From the NCBI RefSeq assembly GCF_000315625.1, contig NW_005434451.1, positions 757 through 64,756 on the forward strand: 64,000 nt of DNA, given 5' to 3'. The DNA comes from Guillardia theta CCMP2712 (lineage: Eukaryota > Protista > Cryptophyta). Under the pieces are notes generated by a model. It was not told the DNA's origin and did not search any database. It saw nothing but the letters and a program-made list of their open reading frames with translations. This document shows positions 1 through 10,305 of this stretch, in pieces. A program made the translations under genes and the position numbers. How positions within the stretch are numbered: position 1 is the stretch's first letter; every line of letters starts with the position of its first letter.

Positions 1-233
1 CCCTGGGACTCACGTCCCTTCCCCGGGGCCTCGGTCCGGACCGGGCCCGAGAGCCCGGCCGGCCTCCGCCCGGCCTCCTCCTCCCGGCCCCCCTCCCCCC
101 TCTCCCACCGGCTTACCTGCCCTTACCTTCGTTGCTTGCCCCATGTCCACCTCATTTATTTCTTCCTCCTTCCCCCCATGGGGCCAACAGCTCCGCTCCG
201 CCTCTTGTCCACCTCTAAGACTTGACTCGAGCC

Positions 234-2387
234 TCAAGCGCGCGAGGGGCCTGCACCGGCCTCCTCCTCCTCGCCCTCGCCCTCCTCAGCCTCCATGTCG
301 ACTTCCTCCCTCATCATCAGCCGCAGTCGGTCTTGCTTGTCGACCTTGCCCGTGCAGCTCAACCCATGGTTCTCAGCAAATTTACTGATCGCAAGAAACA
401 AGAGGCTTACAGATCGACTCTCGATGTCATCGCTCTCGGCCTCCTGCTCGAGCGCATCAGTCGCTGCTGCCCTTGGAGAGAAGGCGCTGCCCCTCCTCGC
501 TGCCTTGTTCCCTTGCACCCGAGTCCAGCGCTGCTCGCCGAGGTACGCTCTGAGCTTTTCTTTCAACATGTTTCGCTTCGATCCCAGCGTCGGCGTGGCT
601 GCCCAAGCTCCGAGCGTCATGAACTCCACGTTGCCCGGCGAGCAGAAGGTGTCATGCAGCTTCCCAACACTCTTGTCTAGCTCCAGAGAGATCGGCTTGC
701 CAGCTAGCAGCTCCTCCTCTGATGTCTCCAAGAGCATCGTCGAGAGGTCGACCAAGACCTGTTGATCGACTGGCCCTGACGGCGACGCTGCTTCCATGGT
801 GATCCTGTCGATGTCGCTGAGCTCCAGCCATCCAGCGCCTTGCTGCTGCCCTTGGGGCTCTTGGGCTTGCTCCTCGCTGCTCGGGCTCCTCTCCTCCTCA
901 TGCTGAGGCCCGTTGAGCTTGAACCCCACCGCTTCGAGCTTGACTTCCAGGATCCCTTCCAAGTAAAAGGGCATGTCGTCCATCAGGCGTCGAGCGTCTG
1001 CCTTGGTCGCCAGGGAGAGAGCTATCGAGCTTCCGTCCCAGCTGAGCGTGTCACGATCCTCCTCGACCTCGACGCTGACCGGCGTCACGCCTATCCTTCT
1101 TGCTAACTCCAACATGGCTCGCTTGACTCTCGTGATCGATGTGTTACCTCCTCCGCACAGCGCTTCCATCTCCTTCCTCGAGAAGCGGCCTGTGCTCATG
1201 CTTGACCTCGACTTGATCTGCACTCTGAAGCTGCTGCGCCCCGCATGATCTCTCTCGCGAAGTGCCCTCCTCTGCTTGGCGATCTTTCCCCTAGGAACGA
1301 AGGTGTCGGCTGTGAGCTCGACTGCAAACGTCTCTCTGAGCTTGGCGTCGTCGCTGATGAGAGTGAGATGCACCCCCTCCATCGCCTCGCTCTCTCTGAA
1401 CGAGGCCAAGGTCTGCTCGCAACTTGCCGTCGAAGGCGAGCTGAGCACCCACTCCAGCTCTTTTTGCTGGAGAGTTCCCGTACTTGCCCCAACAGCGACA
1501 TACGTCTTCGGGCTCGGCCCCTTGCGACCTCTCTGCCCAGCACCCTGCACGAGCATGCCTGCAAGCGGTTGTACCTCTGCGGCTGCAAGAGATTGCGAGA
1601 GCAGCTGAAATCGATAAATCTGAGCGATCTCGGCCGTCGACATTCCTCCGAGAGCTAGGAGCTGTGATAGCTCGGCAAGGCTCCCTCCCTTGCCCCCAGG
1701 TCCTCGCTTGGCTCGAAGCTTGAAGGACCGGTCGTGTGCTATGCTCACCTCTGTGGCTCGAAAGACTCTCCCTTCGATAGTGTATTCTCTCCTGCCTTCC
1801 CATAGCTCCATGGCTGCTTCATTCCGAAGGAAGGAGACGGTGACTGAGATGTCGTCTGCTCGTGCTATCTCAGGTCTGTAAGGTGCTTTCCACATGATGG
1901 CCTTGTCGACTCCATCGACTGAGTCTACCATGAGACCTAGGTCCATAAGCTTCGTTTTCAACTTTTCTTCTTGTCGAACAAACATCGAGGAAATCCCTAG
2001 GAGAGTCATGGAGATGAAGGAGGTCCCCTCGGTGCCTTCGGTGCCGATGTATGTCTCGACATTCTGCTTCTTGGCCTCCTCCATCTGTTGAATAAACCAT
2101 GCTTTCGACTCTGAGCTCCATTCGCTCAGAGAGTCTTCAAACAGGTCGCGTCTCGCCTGCCGACATGTCGAGCGGATGGCTTCAGCGATAGCGTCGGGAG
2201 TGCATCCCCCCTCAGCTCTGCAAGCATAAGCTGTCCGACTATTCGGATAACGCTTGGTGAAGTTCTTCACCTTCTCGACGAGGTCGGCGGCCTCCTCGAC
2301 GTGGCCTCCTGAGCGCTCACCCTGCGTGTATTGGCATGATCTCCGATACAGCAGGTTGCGAACGCTCTCATCATACTGTAGTACCAT
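234..2387 (-). CDS. Intronless 717-aa ORF, probably ORF1/gag-like protein of an unclassified retroelement
   Basis: Long uninterrupted ORF in an intron-rich genome. Two segments have RRM-like hydrophobic patterns (SFISMTLLGIS...VTVSFLRNEAAMEL...YTIEGRVF; SFRVQIK...IALSLATKADARRL). Acidic C-terminus. A tandem array and a diverged partial copy lie upstream. Confidence 0.55.
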   Translation of the reverse strand: MVLQYDESVRNLLYRRSCQYTQGERSGGHVEEAADLVEKVKNFTKRYPNSRTAYACRAEGGCTPDAIAEAIRSTCRQARRDLFEDSLSEWSSESKAWFIQQMEEAKKQNVETYIGTEGTEGTSFISMTLLGISSMFVRQEEKLKTKLMDLGLMVDSVDGVDKAIMWKAPYRPEIARADDISVTVSFLRNEAAMELWEGRREYTIEGRVFRATEVSIAHDRSFKLRAKRGPGGKGGSLAELSQLLALGGMSTAEIAQIYRFQLLSQSLAAAEVQPLAGMLVQGAGQRGRKGPSPKTYVAVGASTGTLQQKELEWVLSSPSTASCEQTLASFRESEAMEGVHLTLISDDAKLRETFAVELTADTFVPRGKIAKQRRALRERDHAGRSSFRVQIKSRSSMSTGRFSRKEMEALCGGGNTSITRVKRAMLELARRIGVTPVSVEVEEDRDTLSWDGSSIALSLATKADARRLMDDMPFYLEGILEVKLEAVGFKLNGPQHEEERSPSSEEQAQEPQGQQQGAGWLELSDIDRITMEAASPSGPVDQQVLVDLSTMLLETSEEELLAGKPISLELDKSVGKLHDTFCSPGNVEFMTLGAWAATPTLGSKRNMLKEKLRAYLGEQRWTRVQGNKAARRGSAFSPRAAATDALEQEAESDDIESRSVSLLFLAISKFAENHGLSCTGKVDKQDRLRLMMREEVDMEAEEGEGEEEEAGAGPSRA

Positions 2388-2480
2388 GCTTAGAAAGCTG
2401 TTTGAACTATATGAACCTCTTGCTCGCAGCTTCCACCGGTCCCCTTGCGCTCTCCCTACGCGCCGCAGGGCCGCATGCTC

Positions 2481-2720
2481 TTACTAAGGGCCGGCTGCTC
2501 TTACTAAGGGCCGGCTGCTCTTACTAAGGGCCGGCTGCTCTTACTAAGGGCCGGCTGCTCTTACTAAGGGCCGGCTGCTCTTACTAAGGGCCGGCTGCTC
2601 TTACTAAGGGCCGGCTGCTCTTACTAAGGGCCGGCTGCTCTTACTAAGGGCCGGCTGCTCTTACTAAGGGCCGGCTGCTCTTACTAAGGGCCGGCTGCTC
2701 TTACTAAGGGCCGGCTGCTC
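2481..2720. repeat. 12 perfect tandem copies of a 20-bp unit TTACTAAGGGCCGGCTGCTC
   Basis: Read directly; a partial degenerate copy is at 2469-2480. No spacers. Confidence 0.97.
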
Positions 2721-2906
2721 ACCTTGGCCTTCGGTCGCCACCTACTCTTCCTCCCTTCAGCTTCCTCAGCCTCAGTCAGAAGAGTTGCCTCTCCTCACCT
2801 TGGCCTTCGGTTGCCTCCTACCTTCTCTCCTTACCTTGCTTACCTTGCTGGCTCGTCGGTTGCTCTTCGACTTCACCGTGTTGTCTTGCTTCAAGCTTAG
2901 CGCAGC

Positions 2907-3209
2907 TCAAGCTCGGTACGGGCTCGCCCCGTCTCCTTCCTCGCCCTCGCCTTGCTCTTGTTCCATGTCCGAGTCTTCTTCATCATCTTCCCTCATCTCC
3001 ACCCGCAGTCGGTCCTTCTTGTCCACCTTCAGCGAGCAGGCCAGCACATGCATCTCTGCGAATTTACTCAGTGCTATGAACAGGAAGCTAAGAGATCGAC
3101 GCTCTATGTCGTCGCTCTCCGCCTCCTGCAGCAGCTGCCGTTGCCCGTGGCGAGAACGCGCTGCCCCTCCTTGCCTTCTTGCTGTCTCCTTGCACGCGAG
3201 TCCACCGCT
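2907..3209 (-). pseudogene. 5'-truncated, frameshifted, diverged copy of the 3' end of the 717-aa ORF
   Basis: Minus-strand translation RWTRVQGDSKKARRGSAFSPRA / LLQEAESDDIERRSLSFLFIALSKFAEMH...KVDKKDRLR...SPYRA* aligns with RWTRVQGNKAARRGSAFSPRA...EQEAESDDIESRSVSLLFLAISKFAENH...KVDKQDRLR...GPSRA*. Confidence 0.9.
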
Positions 3210-3240
3210 TAGGATTTAGGGTTTAGGTGAGAGTTTAGGA
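3209..3240 (+). repeat. Short degenerate telomere-like tract (TTAGGA TTTAGGG TTTAGG ... TTTAGG)
   Basis: Starts exactly where homology to the ORF ends. Confidence 0.5.
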
Positions 3241-3297
3241 AAACTTGGACCAAGGATCAAGGAGAAAGAGAAAGCTTCAGATGAGTCAAGGGAAGAA

Positions 3298-3570
3298 GAG
3301 TAGAAGTTAGCAGTGGGCGAAGGGAGGAGTGTAGATGTTAGCAGGGGGCGAAGGGAGGAGTGTAGATGTTAGCAGGGGGCGAAGGGAGGAGTGTAGATGT
3401 TAGCAGGGGGCGAAGGGAGGAGTGTAGAAGTTAGCAGGGGGCGAAGGGAGGAGTGTAGAAGTTGGCAGGGGGCGAAGGGAGGAGTGTAGAAGTTAGCAGT
3501 GGGCGAAGGGAGGAGTGTAGAAGTTAGCAGTGGGCGAAGGGAGGAGTGTAGAAGTTGGCAGGAGGCGAGG
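3298..3570. repeat. Minisatellite, 31-bp unit GAGTGTAGAWGTTAGCAGKGGGCGAAGGGAG, about 8-9 copies
   Basis: Read directly; a few variant positions. Confidence 0.95.
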
Positions 3571-3603
3571 AGAGATAACTGTAGTAGTTTGACTTATTCT
3601 TGA

Positions 3604-4890
3604 TCAAATGGTCTCGAGGAAAGCGTTCTTGGTGTACAAACACTGCCTGATCAACCAACAGCCCTGCTGTGGCGGCCTCCTCTCCTGTATCACAAACACA
3701 GTCAGGAACAGCTTGTCATTACTTCTTCATCATGCTGCTCCCCTCTTCCCCTCTCCCCAGCTCACCTCCCCCTGCCTCTTATTTTTCACTCTCTCTCCTT
3801 TCTTCCGGCTGAGTTCTTCTCTCCAACCCCTCCACCTTTCTTCTCGCCTCCGCCACCCTACTTCATCTTCCCCTCCATCCTCGGTCCCCTCATCTTCTTT
3901 TACGCCACCTGCTCTAGGGTCCACAAGAATCGTCTCTTGTCACCATTCTTGGTTGTTATATGCGCGATCTGCGTGACGTCAGCAGCAGCAGCAGCAGCAG
4001 CATGCGTTACCTGAGTCGCGAGAGCTCCGCGAGTGGGGGAGGAGGGAAGGAAGTTCATGTCTTCTCGCTCGTACTTCTCGCATCTGACGAGGGACTGGAA
4101 GGTCGGGTTGGACGCGTACTTGATGAAGTGCTCAACCGTAGTCCCTCCTGCCCTGCTGTCGTCTCCTCCTACAGCCGACCTACACCAAAGGTTACCGGCA
4201 CTGGTTCGAGAAGGAAGAAAAGAAACGACATGGAGAAGGAGAAGTTGGAGCAGCAGCAGCTTCACGAATTGGAGAAGGGAAGAGGAGGAGAGCCAGGAGG
4301 GGGAAAGACAGGAGAAGGAGGATGATGACACAGAGAGGCAGGAGGAGGAGGAGGAGGAGATTGAAGAGGAGAAGATTGAAGAGGAGGAGATTGAAGAGGA
4401 GAGGAGGAGATTGAAGAGGAGAGGAGGAGATTGAAGAGGAGAGGAGGAGATTGAAGAGGAGAGGAAGAGGAGGGGCAGGAGGAGGAGGCAGTAACCTGCA
4501 CATGTTGTTGGAGAAAGCGAAGCATCTCTTGAGCCCGGCGTCTATCTCAGGGAAGTCGTTGTGCTTGAGCCCTTCAAGGATGTAATACATCACTTCCTCC
4601 GCTGAGAACTCCGGGCTCGGTTCCATCGGAAGCTTGCTAACATGCACCAGACTGTCGCCGTCACGCTGGGGCAAGCAAGCAACTATCGTTCTGGTTCCGA
4701 CATGCCCGCGAGCTGGGAGCATCGGGGAGCGCCATGCTGGTTTCATAGCCCAAGGAAGTCTAGCAAGACCTGGCGCTTGAAATGCCCAGGACTCAACAAC
4801 CATGAAGAAGTGGGCAAAAACAAAGAACGCTGTTGTTTGACATGTCTGAGACAAAGATATTGTGAGGAGACGAGTCATATCAGTTGTCAA
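3604..4890 (-). CDS. Multi-exon, probably plastid-targeted DUF4864-like protein
   Basis: Hydrophobic leader ending ...ESWAF. Exons encode PSPEFSAEEVMYYILEGLKHNDFPEIDAGLKRCFAFS, FIKYASNPTFQSLV and VFVIQERRPPQQGCWLIRQCL...ETI*. Introns contain microsatellites. Confidence 0.6.
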
Positions 4891-5320
4891 GGTAACAAAG
4901 ACGAATCGGGTGAGCTTTTGATGACGCTGCAGATGAAGCCGTGGCGCTGATGCTGGTGATCTAGCAGTGACTTGTCGGTGTTATGCGGACGATCTATATG
5001 TGGCAAGTGAGCTGGTCAGTTCAATAGGCTAGACGTACACTTCTGGAGAGGGAACGAAACGTTCCAGCGCTGGGGTGTTGTGAGGAGTGAAAGGAGGAGG
5101 AGGAGGAGGAGGAGGAGGAGGAGGAGGAGGAGGAGGAGGAGTACCTAGCAGCACTGTCAGGAGTAGTCGAAATCAAGTCGAAATTCTTTATGTGTATACT
5201 AGCTGGTGGACACGGCGTTGCTTTTGCCATTCTAGTACGATATATACACAAGTTTTATAAATTCTTGGTACAAGCTAAAATGTTATATCGATCCGACGTA
5301 GGCCGCTGGATGTCCAAGTG

Positions 5321-5906
5321 ATGGGAGCGGAGAAGGAGAGCCAGGAGTCGAACAAGAAAGATTGCTCGGAACTCAAGGTAGCCCCTACTTGTATCTCCCT
5401 CTCTCCTCCTCCTCTCCCCTCCCCCCTTTCCTTCCTCCTTCCCTCTCTTCTCCCTATCCTCACTCCCATCCTTCCCTCCCCTCTCTCCCCTCCCCCCTCC
5501 TTCCTCACTTCCTCCCTTCTCCCTATCCGCTCTCCCTCTCTACCTCCCTCCCTCTGTCTTCTTGCCTCGATGAAATCCACTCACATCCATCCTGCTGCCA
5601 TGGCTCCATGCCTCAACGCCTAGCTCTGCACTACCTGGTTACCCGTGCCCATTCCCCAGCGCTTTGATTCCAAAATGTAGTTTTCTAAAGCGTTACAACC
5701 GATGCAGAAGATGTACGAGGCGTGCTTTAGGAACTGGTACACAGACAAGTTTCTTCGTGGAGTCACCACCCCTGCTTGCCAGGATGAATGGGAGGTCTGA
5801 GTAGGGGTTACTTTAATGCTTGTTTTGAAGCCGTGAGCAGGATTATAGGGAATGCATGGTCGAGAGCTTGAAGTCTAAGAATCTGAGCCACTTGATCGAT
5901 CGATAA
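5321..5906 (+). CDS. MDM35: Mdm35/TRIAP1 mitochondrial intermembrane-space twin CX9C protein (3 exons)
   Basis: Spliced translation MGAEKESQESNKKDCSELK-KMYEACFRNWYTDKFLRGVTTPACQDEWE-DYRECMVESLKSKNL...* fits the C..LK..Y..CF..WY..KFL.G...C...W..Y..C family pattern. Confidence 0.9.
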
Positions 5907-5946
5907 TGGTATAATGTTTCTGTGATGATGAGTAGCCGGGTGTCAT

Positions 5947-7750
5947 TCAGGCTCTCAATAAAGTAGAATCCTCACACAGAACGATGATTGCAGTCGCCAT
6001 ATCAATGTACTTCGAGATATGCTGTTTGCGGAATCTTTGATCAATCGTTGGGCTGCGGAATCGAAGGAGGATGACTAGGAAAACTACACGAGGGCTCGCA
6101 ATGAAGGACCCAATGCACGGTACTGCGATGAAGTTCTGAAGCAGAAGAAGAGCTAAAGCAAGATACAACAATGCAGAGATTCCTGCAAAGTAGCTGAAGC
6201 ATGGAGAGTGAGATTACAGCAACTTACAATCGAACTTGATGGTCATCTTGAAGGCACATCGCAAGGAATCAAGACAATTGAAGTGACAAGGGTAAACAAG
6301 TTTCAATCTCAGCAAGACTTTCATCAATCATTACGAGAGTCTCTCGATTCGGATACATATCTTTTGTCATCCCTTCTTGCCAGCGTTCCCCATAGCTGGT
6401 ACGCAGAATTGATCTGTCTGTGTCTTCGCCTTCTTCTGCTTCTCTGAGACAAGAAGGTTCAGTCGGGTGGCCGCCTGGTTCTCCGGCTCCATCTCTAAAA
6501 TGCTCCTGGAGTCCCGTTCCGCCTCCTCGTAGTGACCCAGCTCCAGGTTCGCTTGCGCTCGCCTGAATTTCGCCTTGATCATGTTCGTTCGGATCGCAAG
6601 CGCTTGACTGCAGAACGCGATAGTTTCGTTGTACTTGGCCCGCTTGTAGCACACGGTGGCTCTATTCGTCAGCAGTAGAGCCCTTTCGTCCCCCACTATC
6701 CGCCGATGCTCCCTCGAGCCCTCACCCTCCTCACATAGCAGGAGGTCAAAGGCGCTTTCATAGAAGTTGTTAGCTTTCTCGTACTCGCCCGACGTGAAGA
6801 ATTCGTTTCCTCGCTCTCGGCGTATCTTGACGTGGCGCATCAGGTCCTCGAACTCCATGCTCCACGACGGTTTGACGTTGAAGATTTGACACTCCCACAA
6901 GATGTGCTCGGACTGCCCGAGCTCAGGCAGCAGAGGCTTCTGACTTTGACCGACGCTCCTCGCTATCTCACCGGAGATATCGATCAAAGCGTGCTGCCCC
7001 TCCTTGAGATGTAGTAGAGCGTCCTCAATGTACTCGCCCAAATCTCCGTGTCCTACTATGACGCTGAAGTTTCGAGAAGGCATGAAGACGTGACCTGCAG
7101 ACGTTGACCCCTGCCAAGCACGTCAGCTCTTGTTAACGCTCGCCAACTCCCTAAGAGACTCACATGTAGCACGAGTGTGACGATGGACAGGTCTTGTATG
7201 TACATGAGAAATGACAGAGGAGCTCCGATGATCTTGACGTTCACTGCTTCTAACTTGTCGCTCTGAAAGAGTTCAAGCTTGACATCCCAGTCGACAAGCT
7301 CGACGTAAAACTCCAACTCGGCATATGGGAGGTCTGGACAATAGCTAGCGCAATGCCGTGAGGTAGTCTGTCCGACAGCTCTCTGTAGTCGTGACGAGTC
7401 CTTGTGTGATTCAAAAGATATTCCTTGAATTTCGTCCGGGCAACGACTCTGAAATCAAGAGGGTCAATAGCATGAAAGAGTTTCATAGGAGCTACATCGC
7501 GAATTCTCTGATCAGCCCAGTCACACCTTGACCAGGACCCTGTCTCCGCAGTGCATCTGCTTCAATGCAGACTCGATGGCTTTGATGGGTGAGGGCAACT
7601 TGCCAAGATGAGACGATTGCTCGTACACCATTTCACTGTACATGACACCCATGTGTGCGAACTCTTTCACATGATCCAAGCGTGACTCCGGCGGACGGCT
7701 CACCGTAAAACAATGATTGGACGGTGCGACACTGTGGAGAGTCCTCAAGA
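5947..7750 (-). CDS. FKBP-type immunophilin with degenerate FKBP domains, three TPRs and a probable C-terminal hydrophobic segment (multi-exon; 5' end uncertain)
   Basis: IKAIESALKQMHCGDRVLVK, LEFYVELVDW and YIEDALLHLKEGQHALI (FKBP-like). RRERGNEFFTSGEYEKA, LLTNRATVCYK and KAKFRRAQANLELGHYEEAERD (TPR). Hydrophobic exon at 5947-6171. Confidence 0.75.
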
Positions 7751-7779
7751 GGCTCCTCGCACTGCGGCAGGCTCTCAGG

Positions 7780-8240
7780 CCCGAGGAGTCCTCAGTGGCC
7801 CAGGCTGACTCGGATTGTCCTCGTTCTGATCTTCACTGATAGTAAGTTATCAGTACTGTATGATGATCAGCTTTACTCAAAGTCACGTTGCTGAGTTAAA
7901 GATCAGCTGGCAGTGCGACCGACAGTACGATGGAGTCCTGAGGGTCAAGAGGCTCCCGAGTCGACTCTGACTCGGAGTCAGAGTCCGATCCGGCGACCGG
8001 CAGTCTCCTGGCTGATTGTCCTCACGGTTCTGATCTTCAATAGTAAGTTAGGTTTGGTTCTCGCTGTCTTTTCTCTTCTCGCCGTTTGGCCAGTGCGACA
8101 GTGTCAGGGCCGGCGGCGGGGTCAAGCCGGCCTCCTCGACTGAGTGACTCTCCTGATTGTCCTCGTACTGATTTTTAACTTAACTTTGAGTAAAGTTATC
8201 ATTACTGTATGAACATCAGCTTTACTCAAAGTTAAGTTAG
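7780..8240. repeat. Locally triplicated degenerate ~50-90 bp unit (GATTGTCCTC..CTGATCTTCA..TAGTAAGTTA..CAGCTTTACTCAAAGT) with hairpins
   Basis: Copies near 7810, 8010 and 8155; perfect 11-bp-arm palindrome at 7963-7985. Confidence 0.75.
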
Positions 8241-9417
8241 TTTTTAGCTAGTGTATAGAGTGGCCCGTCGGGTCCCCGATGGATGCCGCAGTGCTGTGCT
8301 CGGAGTCGGGATATGCCGGTCAGTTATTTTACGCCGGGGGCCGAGGGTCCGATCGGAAGTCGGAAGGGTTTCACAGCACTTTCAAAATGAACCGAAAGTG
8401 TACCGTAAGTATACAAAAACAGTTTTAAGACTTGAAATTGATTTCAATAAGTGTACCGAAGATTTTCAGTTCTGATGATTGAAATTTAATTTACTTAAAA
8501 TAAAATTCTGTTTTTTTTATTTAATTTGGAGGTACCGAAAGTGATTCAGCATAGCATAAAATGATTTATTTTAGTTCAAAAGCTCCACTTTTAGGACCCT
8601 ACCACACACCTCCCCCAACTTGTGCACTTCCGAGTCACGTAGTCATCGAGTTACATCTGTGAAGATGACCCCTCCTCTTGCGCCACCTGTTGAGGGTATG
8701 GATCAGGGTACGGACCCCCCTACCCTCTGAGTCCCGTTGCTTGCTAAATGGAACACCCACCCACCCACCATCGCTCCTGCCGAATTTCGTACACCCTCGG
8801 CTTGGTACATAACCTGCAAAAAGATTACTACCCTACCATTTATCGGAGCTTCAATAACCCCACCCCCTTTTGCAATTATCTAATACCGGAACAAAGTATG
8901 GTAGGGGTATATACCCTGCTAATCAAGTTGACAATGCCTAATGTTCACTTTTGTCCATCCACCCCTACCATCTAGTCGAATCAGATATCCTATTCCGTAC
9001 CTGACTTGCCAGTACCCCATGCTTCCGCAAGAGTCGCAGAGTGATATCTAGAGGTAGGGTACCTGTTGGAATCCCGAGAATGCCGAGTCGTCGTCTTTCC
9101 TCAACATCTTTTTTGAAAACTGTACCACTACCCCTCCATTGAAGCCCAGTCCTTGATATGGAATGATATCTACCCCTATCAACAGAGATACAAACACATC
9201 AATGGGGGGTACATATCCGTGAAATTGAATCACCCACCGTACCAGAAGAGAGCCATGGATCACGCACCCCCTACCCCCTCCTCAATCATCCGAGCACCTT
9301 TCTCTGGTATTTCACTACGTGGACCCAACACGCTCTTCCTGTTCCACGTTCCGTCGCTCCCCTTGACCCTGAGCAGCCTTGTTGATCGCATCATCGCGCC
9401 TTCCTCCTTCTAGCGTC

Positions 9418-10305
9418 ATGCAAGTCTGCTCCCTCCCTCTTCTTCCCTCCCTGCTGCCACTTGCTGCAGAACTTAAACCTATGAGTATTGCGGACCAACA
9501 GCTCTCGGCGATCCAAAATCAAATATCGCAGCTCCAAGCTCAAAGCTCTGTTCAATTCCTCCAGTCACAGCTGCTACAGCAGGAAAAATGCTCACCTTCA
9601 CCATGCTCATCCGTTCAAGAGGAAAACTCAGACCCTATAGCTGAAGCGATCAAGACCTTGAACTCTAGGCCCAATCGATCATCGAGGGAACATAAGAAGT
9701 TGACCTTAGCAGAGAAACTTGAAATCATTCGATGCCACGAGACAAAAATTTTCTCTCAGACGCGCCTGGCTGAGCGTTACGGCAAGAGCAGATCTGCCAT
9801 ATCAAAGCTTTTGCAGCCGGACAATGTGCGAAAGTTGAAAGAGCTTGCTGGTGCTGGAGTCACGACCAAGATGAAAAGATGCTCCTCGGCCCACCACCCT
9901 GAGTTGGAGAGAAAAGTGCACGAGTTTTTCAAGACAGTTGGGCGTAATGATCCCGCCTGGAGGTTCAAGTTGTGTATGTTCGCTGAAAAGACAGCGATCA
10001 ATCTGGGAATATCTGGTTTCAAGGCCAATCCTGGATGGTGCTTCAGATTCCTTCAACGACACGGCTTTGTTTCATCTACAGAAACGCCGGAGGACTGTAT
10101 GACAGAGAGTTTGGTGAAGCAGGAGGTGGAATCTCAAACCAGCACGCCAGATATGGGAGGAGAGTTCAGCGCATTCCAAACCGTGAGGAGCATAGCCCCT
10201 CCCAACCTCATCAACTTGAACGCTGGAAACGCTGAGTTGCCGTTGCTTCCAAGCCTGTCGGCTATACTTCCATTGGTTCTGAATATGCAAAGAAGAATCT
10301 CATAG
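9418..10305 (+). CDS. CENP-B/pogo-Tigger type tandem HTH DNA-binding protein with no DDE domain (intronless)
   Basis: HKKLTLAEKLEII...SQTRLAERYGKSRSAISKLL (CENP-B N-terminal/psq HTH), then HPELERKVHEFF...AEKTAINLGISGFKANPGWCFRFLQRHG (HTH_Tnp_Tc5). Q-rich N-terminus. Confidence 0.85.
   Translation: MQVCSLPLLPSLLPLAAELKPMSIADQQLSAIQNQISQLQAQSSVQFLQSQLLQQEKCSPSPCSSVQEENSDPIAEAIKTLNSRPNRSSREHKKLTLAEKLEIIRCHETKIFSQTRLAERYGKSRSAISKLLQPDNVRKLKELAGAGVTTKMKRCSSAHHPELERKVHEFFKTVGRNDPAWRFKLCMFAEKTAINLGISGFKANPGWCFRFLQRHGFVSSTETPEDCMTESLVKQEVESQTSTPDMGGEFSAFQTVRSIAPPNLINLNAGNAELPLLPSLSAILPLVLNMQRRIS

Noticed and set aside
10-237. ORF overlapping the 717-aa stop as a retroelement ORF2
   Set aside because: Non-ATG start, closes after 75 aa, no endonuclease or RT motif.
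2720-2906. Hammerhead ribozyme in the putative pseudo-LTR
   Set aside because: CTGAGGA is present on the minus strand, but I found no correctly placed GAAA core or stems.
2481-3570. 20-bp and 31-bp arrays as CRISPR
   Set aside because: Contiguous tandem units with no unique spacers, no cas genes, eukaryotic context.
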